Shown one piece after another: positions 33,903 through 36,271 of a stretch of DNA of 36,271 bases. The stretch's first letter is position 1. Every line of letters starts with the position of its first letter. The notes under the pieces are model-generated. The model was not told the origin of the DNA, made no database searches, and saw nothing but the letters and a program-made list of their open reading frames with translations. Location: assembly GCA_964427335.1 (NCBI GenBank), contig CAYRSW010000003.1, forward strand, positions 4,902 through 41,172, in the 5' to 3' direction. Made by a program: the position numbers and the translations under genes. The stretch comes from an uncultured Candidatus Saccharibacteria bacterium (lineage in GTDB: Bacteria; Patescibacteriota; Minisyncoccia; CAYRSW01).

Positions 33903-34908
33903 AAAACTCAAAATTGCGGTTTTAATGGGTGGGGTGTCTAGTGAAAGAGATATTTCTTTGGCTACCGGAAGAAACGTAGTCTCTTTTTTAGATAAGAAAA
34001 AATATGAAGTTTTTGCTATCGAAGTAAAAGATAAAGTAAGCTGGATTTCTAAAGTTAGAAACAAAAAGCCCGATTTAGTTTTTATAGGGCTACATGGAAA
34101 GTTTGGGGAGGATGGCGAAGTCCAGGGCGTATTGGACGATTTGGGAATTCTCTATACTGGTTCTGGTGAGCTTGCTTCGATGCTGGCGATGGATAAACTT
34201 ATCACTAAACAGATTTTTAAAGCCAAGAATATTTTCACACCCTCCTATGTGGTTATTGACCAGCAGCAATATTATTTTGAAGGGCAAGGGTCAGTAAAGA
34301 GGATTCTCTCTCAACTGAAGTTACCTTTAGTTATAAAACCATCTGCTTCTGGTTCTAGCATTGGGGTTACTATTGTTAAAGATAAGAAAGATATAAAGGG
34401 GGCTCTTAAGGCGGCTTTCAAAGAGGGCAAACAGGTGCTTATTGAGAAATATATTTTTGGCACAGAAATAACTGTGCCGGTTTTAGGCAATAAAAATCCC
34501 AAAGCACTGCCTGTGATTGAGATAGCTCTCAAGAGAGATTTTTTTGACTTTAAAGCAAAATATAATCCTAAATTATGTGATGAAATTGTTCCGGCAAGGA
34601 TTTCTCGTAAATTAACCAGAAAAGCTCAAGATTTAGCCTTAAAAGTCTATCAAGCTTTTGGTTGCCGCGGTTTTGCACGCGTAGACATGATAGTAGAAAA
34701 ATCCGAAATCCCTGCCCGCCAATCGGCTGGAGCCTCAAGGCGACTGGCAGGCGGGCGAAATCCGAAATCCGAAATATACGTCCTGGAGATTAATACTATT
34801 CCGGGCTTAACTGAAAATAGTTTGGTGCCTAAGTCAGCTAAGGCAGCTGGAATGGAATTTCCTCAACTTTTAGATAAAATTATCAATTATGCATATGAGA
34901 AGGTATAG
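33895..34908 (+). CDS. ddl: D-alanine--D-alanine ligase carrying a 22-aa in-frame insertion
   Basis: GGVSSERDISL, GLHGKFGEDGEVQG, KPSASGSSIGV, ARVDMIV..YVLEINTIPGLTENSLVP. The insertion is described in the findings. Confidence 0.9.
   Translation: MSKKLKIAVLMGGVSSERDISLATGRNVVSFLDKKKYEVFAIEVKDKVSWISKVRNKKPDLVFIGLHGKFGEDGEVQGVLDDLGILYTGSGELASMLAMDKLITKQIFKAKNIFTPSYVVIDQQQYYFEGQGSVKRILSQLKLPLVIKPSASGSSIGVTIVKDKKDIKGALKAAFKEGKQVLIEKYIFGTEITVPVLGNKNPKALPVIEIALKRDFFDFKAKYNPKLCDEIVPARISRKLTRKAQDLALKVYQAFGCRGFARVDMIVEKSEIPARQSAGASRRLAGGRNPKSEIYVLEINTIPGLTENSLVPKSAKAAGMEFPQLLDKIINYAYEKV
34699..34775. repeat. GC-rich palindromic core (34712-34757) flanked by the 13-nt direct repeat AAATCCGAAATCC, inside ddl
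   Basis: Direct repeats at 34699-34711 and 34758-34770. The core is CTGCCCGCCAATCGGCTGGAGCCTCAAGGCGACTGGCAGGCGGGCG, with GCCCGCC/GGCGGGC termini. The flanks are GAAATCC heptamer arrays. Confidence 0.85.
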
Positions 34909-35701
34909 GAAGAGAAAAGCAAAAAAGATATTAATTTCGGTTCTTATCCTTTTTTTATTTAGCGGGATTTTTTATTTTTTATTTTTTTCGCAAGTTTTTA
35001 AGATTAATAATTTTATAATATCCGGAGGACGCTCTTTAGTTCCCGAAGAGGTAGAAGAAACTCTTAGGTCTTTTCTGAATCGTCGCTGGTTTCTGATTCC
35101 GGCCAACAATTTTTTTATTCTTAAAGAAGGGGAACTAGAAAAAGCAATCCTTGATAAATTTAAAAGAATAGAAGGGGTAGATATTCAAAAAGGATTTCCC
35201 AACGCCCTAGAGGTAGAAATAAAAGAAAAAAACTTAAATCTTATTTGGTGCCAGAAAAAACAAGAAGAAAGGAAGTGCTTTTACTTGGATCAAGATGGAA
35301 TGGTTTTTGGTAAAGCTTTTGATATTGACCTAGAAAATCTGGACAGAGAAAAACTCATCAATGGCCCATTTATTTTAGTGGAGGAAGAGAGAGAAAGCTT
35401 TAGTTCTTTGGAAGAAAAAATTGCCGTCTCTGAACTAGTTGATTTTATTTTTCAAATAAAATTAATCCTGCCCAAAATAGCAGGATTAAAAATGGTAAAA
35501 GGCAGTATCGGTTTGGCTTCAGCTGGCCAGATTAATGTAGAAACCGAAGAGGGATGGCAAGTTTATTTTGATACAACTCGAGAACTTACCAGCCAAGTTA
35601 AAATTTTAGACTTGGTTCTAACAGAGAAGATTACTAAAGAAGAAAGAGAAAGCTTAGAGTATATAGATTTGAGGGTGCCGGGAAGGATATATTATAAGTA
35701 A
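34889..35701 (+). CDS. ftsQ: Cell division protein FtsQ/DivIB (POTRA domain)
   Basis: Basic N-terminus, a single TM segment (ILISVLILFLFSGIFYFLFF), then a POTRA-like segment (FKINNFIISGGRSLVPEEVEE). Positioned after ddl. The start is ATG 34889 or 34895. Confidence 0.65.
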   Translation: MHMRRYRKRKAKKILISVLILFLFSGIFYFLFFSQVFKINNFIISGGRSLVPEEVEETLRSFLNRRWFLIPANNFFILKEGELEKAILDKFKRIEGVDIQKGFPNALEVEIKEKNLNLIWCQKKQEERKCFYLDQDGMVFGKAFDIDLENLDREKLINGPFILVEEERESFSSLEEKIAVSELVDFIFQIKLILPKIAGLKMVKGSIGLASAGQINVETEEGWQVYFDTTRELTSQVKILDLVLTEKITKEERESLEYIDLRVPGRIYYK

Positions 35702-35735
35702 ATTTCTAATTTCTAATTTCTAATTTCTAATTCCC
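35701..35735. repeat. Heptanucleotide tandem array AATTTCT x4 plus AATTCCC
   Basis: Perfect copies at 35701, 35708, 35715 and 35722, with a variant at 35729. The array starts on the last base of the ftsQ stop and contains the stop codon (35727-35729) of the convergent gene. Confidence 0.9.
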
Positions 35736-36271
35736 GATGTGATATACAAGGATGGAATGACCGATGACGGTGACTGGTTCGCGGGTTTCCAACCACCAAT
35801 AAGAATTTTCCCAATCTTGAAAGCTGGTTTGGTAGAGAGTGGCCGAAACAGCGAGCCAGCCGGTAGTTGGGCCGTTGGAGCTGCGCCACTGGATAAATTT
35901 TTCACCTAGATAATATTCAGGAGAACCACCGCCAAAGTAATCGACCTTAATCTGGTCGATTTTATAATCCTGGACAAATACAGCCAGCCGCTTCAAGTCC
36001 TGACCCCAATCAACATTAGAATCAACCATGTATTTATAGCCATTTTTAGGCCCACCAATAATTTCATTGAAATAAGCGATGTAATGCGGATAAACTATAA
36101 AGTTACTTAACGCGTACCACACTAATAATAAACCAATAAAGCAATAAATTAATAAATTAATAAATTTTTTAAATTTAACCCAATCAAATATTTTAACTAT
36201 CTGACCACTAATTAAAATATAAACAAACGGAAAGGTAGGCAAAACATGCCTGACACCAATATTAAGATTAC
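35727..36271 (-). CDS. C-terminal part of a GT39/ArnT-PMT-like membrane glycosyltransferase, 5'-partial (continues beyond the right window edge)
   Basis: The minus-strand frame stays open from 36242 to the window end (..NLNIGVRHV-L-PTFPFVY..), so the listed TTG start is internal. The C-terminal soluble region (YFGGGSPEYYLG..GWLAVSATLYQ..YWWLETREPVTVIGHSILVYHI) resembles the tails of GT39-type enzymes as I remember them. Confidence 0.5.
   Translation of the reverse strand, partial: NLNIGVRHVLPTFPFVYILISGQIVKIFDWVKFKKFINLLIYCFIGLLLVWYALSNFIVYPHYIAYFNEIIGGPKNGYKYMVDSNVDWGQDLKRLAVFVQDYKIDQIKVDYFGGGSPEYYLGEKFIQWRSSNGPTTGWLAVSATLYQTSFQDWENSYWWLETREPVTVIGHSILVYHIGN

Noticed and set aside
7626-34532. 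Remaining short track ORFs nested in or antisense to conserved genes (for example 7626-7874, 8168-8371, 11359-11652, 12077-12424, 21827-22282, 24598-24870, 26304-26612, 33256-33459, 34094-34297).
   Set aside because: Each lies within a well-supported conserved CDS or across a gene junction. They lack ribosome-binding or promoter signals and have low-complexity, hydrophobic or basic shadow-frame composition.
9779-35735. The heptamer arrays or other repeats as a CRISPR array.
   Set aside because: The units are 7 nt and directly tandem, without spacers. There is no repeat of 24-48 nt and there are no cas genes.
1-36271. Alternative genetic code (UGA recoding, as in some CPR lineages).
   Set aside because: Genes end cleanly at TGA (for example 8743-8745 and the lysS stop within ATGA at 26073-26076) with correctly sized, full-length conserved products. 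No in-frame TGA interruptions are needed.

Overview
This is a 36.3-kb, AT-rich, tightly packed block of mostly housekeeping genes, almost entirely on the plus strand, from a small bacterial genome. I infer a Candidate Phyla Radiation / Patescibacteria-like organism. The standard code 11 applies, since UGA is used as a stop. The left 6.5 kb is the 3' part of a giant mosaic surface protein. At least 2,175 aa lie in the window, the frame is open to the left edge, and the gene is visibly GC-richer with different codon use from everything else. Downstream come holB, a BNR/Asp-box propeller, frr, rseP, proS (no INS editing domain), mreB-mreC-mreD-mrdA and greA. Next is a secreted SpoIVB/S55-like peptidase followed by an Opp/Dpp-type peptide ABC importer that includes a permease-ATPase fusion, then lysS-rdgB-serS. 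A small accessory islet follows: an orphan LAGLIDADG-like ORF, tRNA-Pro(UGG), a VOC/glyoxalase and an HhH-GPD glycosylase. The window ends with clpC, alr-ddl-ftsQ and the 3' end of a convergent GT39-like glycosyltransferase whose frame is open to the right edge. I saw no rRNA, CRISPR, transposase, integrase, reverse transcriptase or recognisable defence genes. The most unusual signal is a 66-nt GC-rich, palindromic, direct-repeat-flanked, in-frame insertion in ddl. It sits inside a heptanucleotide array, and two related heptamer arrays occur elsewhere (in rseP, and between ftsQ and the GT gene). Other notable signals are a tandem 9-nt direct repeat over the clpC promoter, twin palindromes at the holB promoter, an SD-mimic hairpin before the Opp binding protein, and a consistent promoter grammar with several apparently leaderless genes. 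All domain calls come from by-eye motif recognition; no searches were run.
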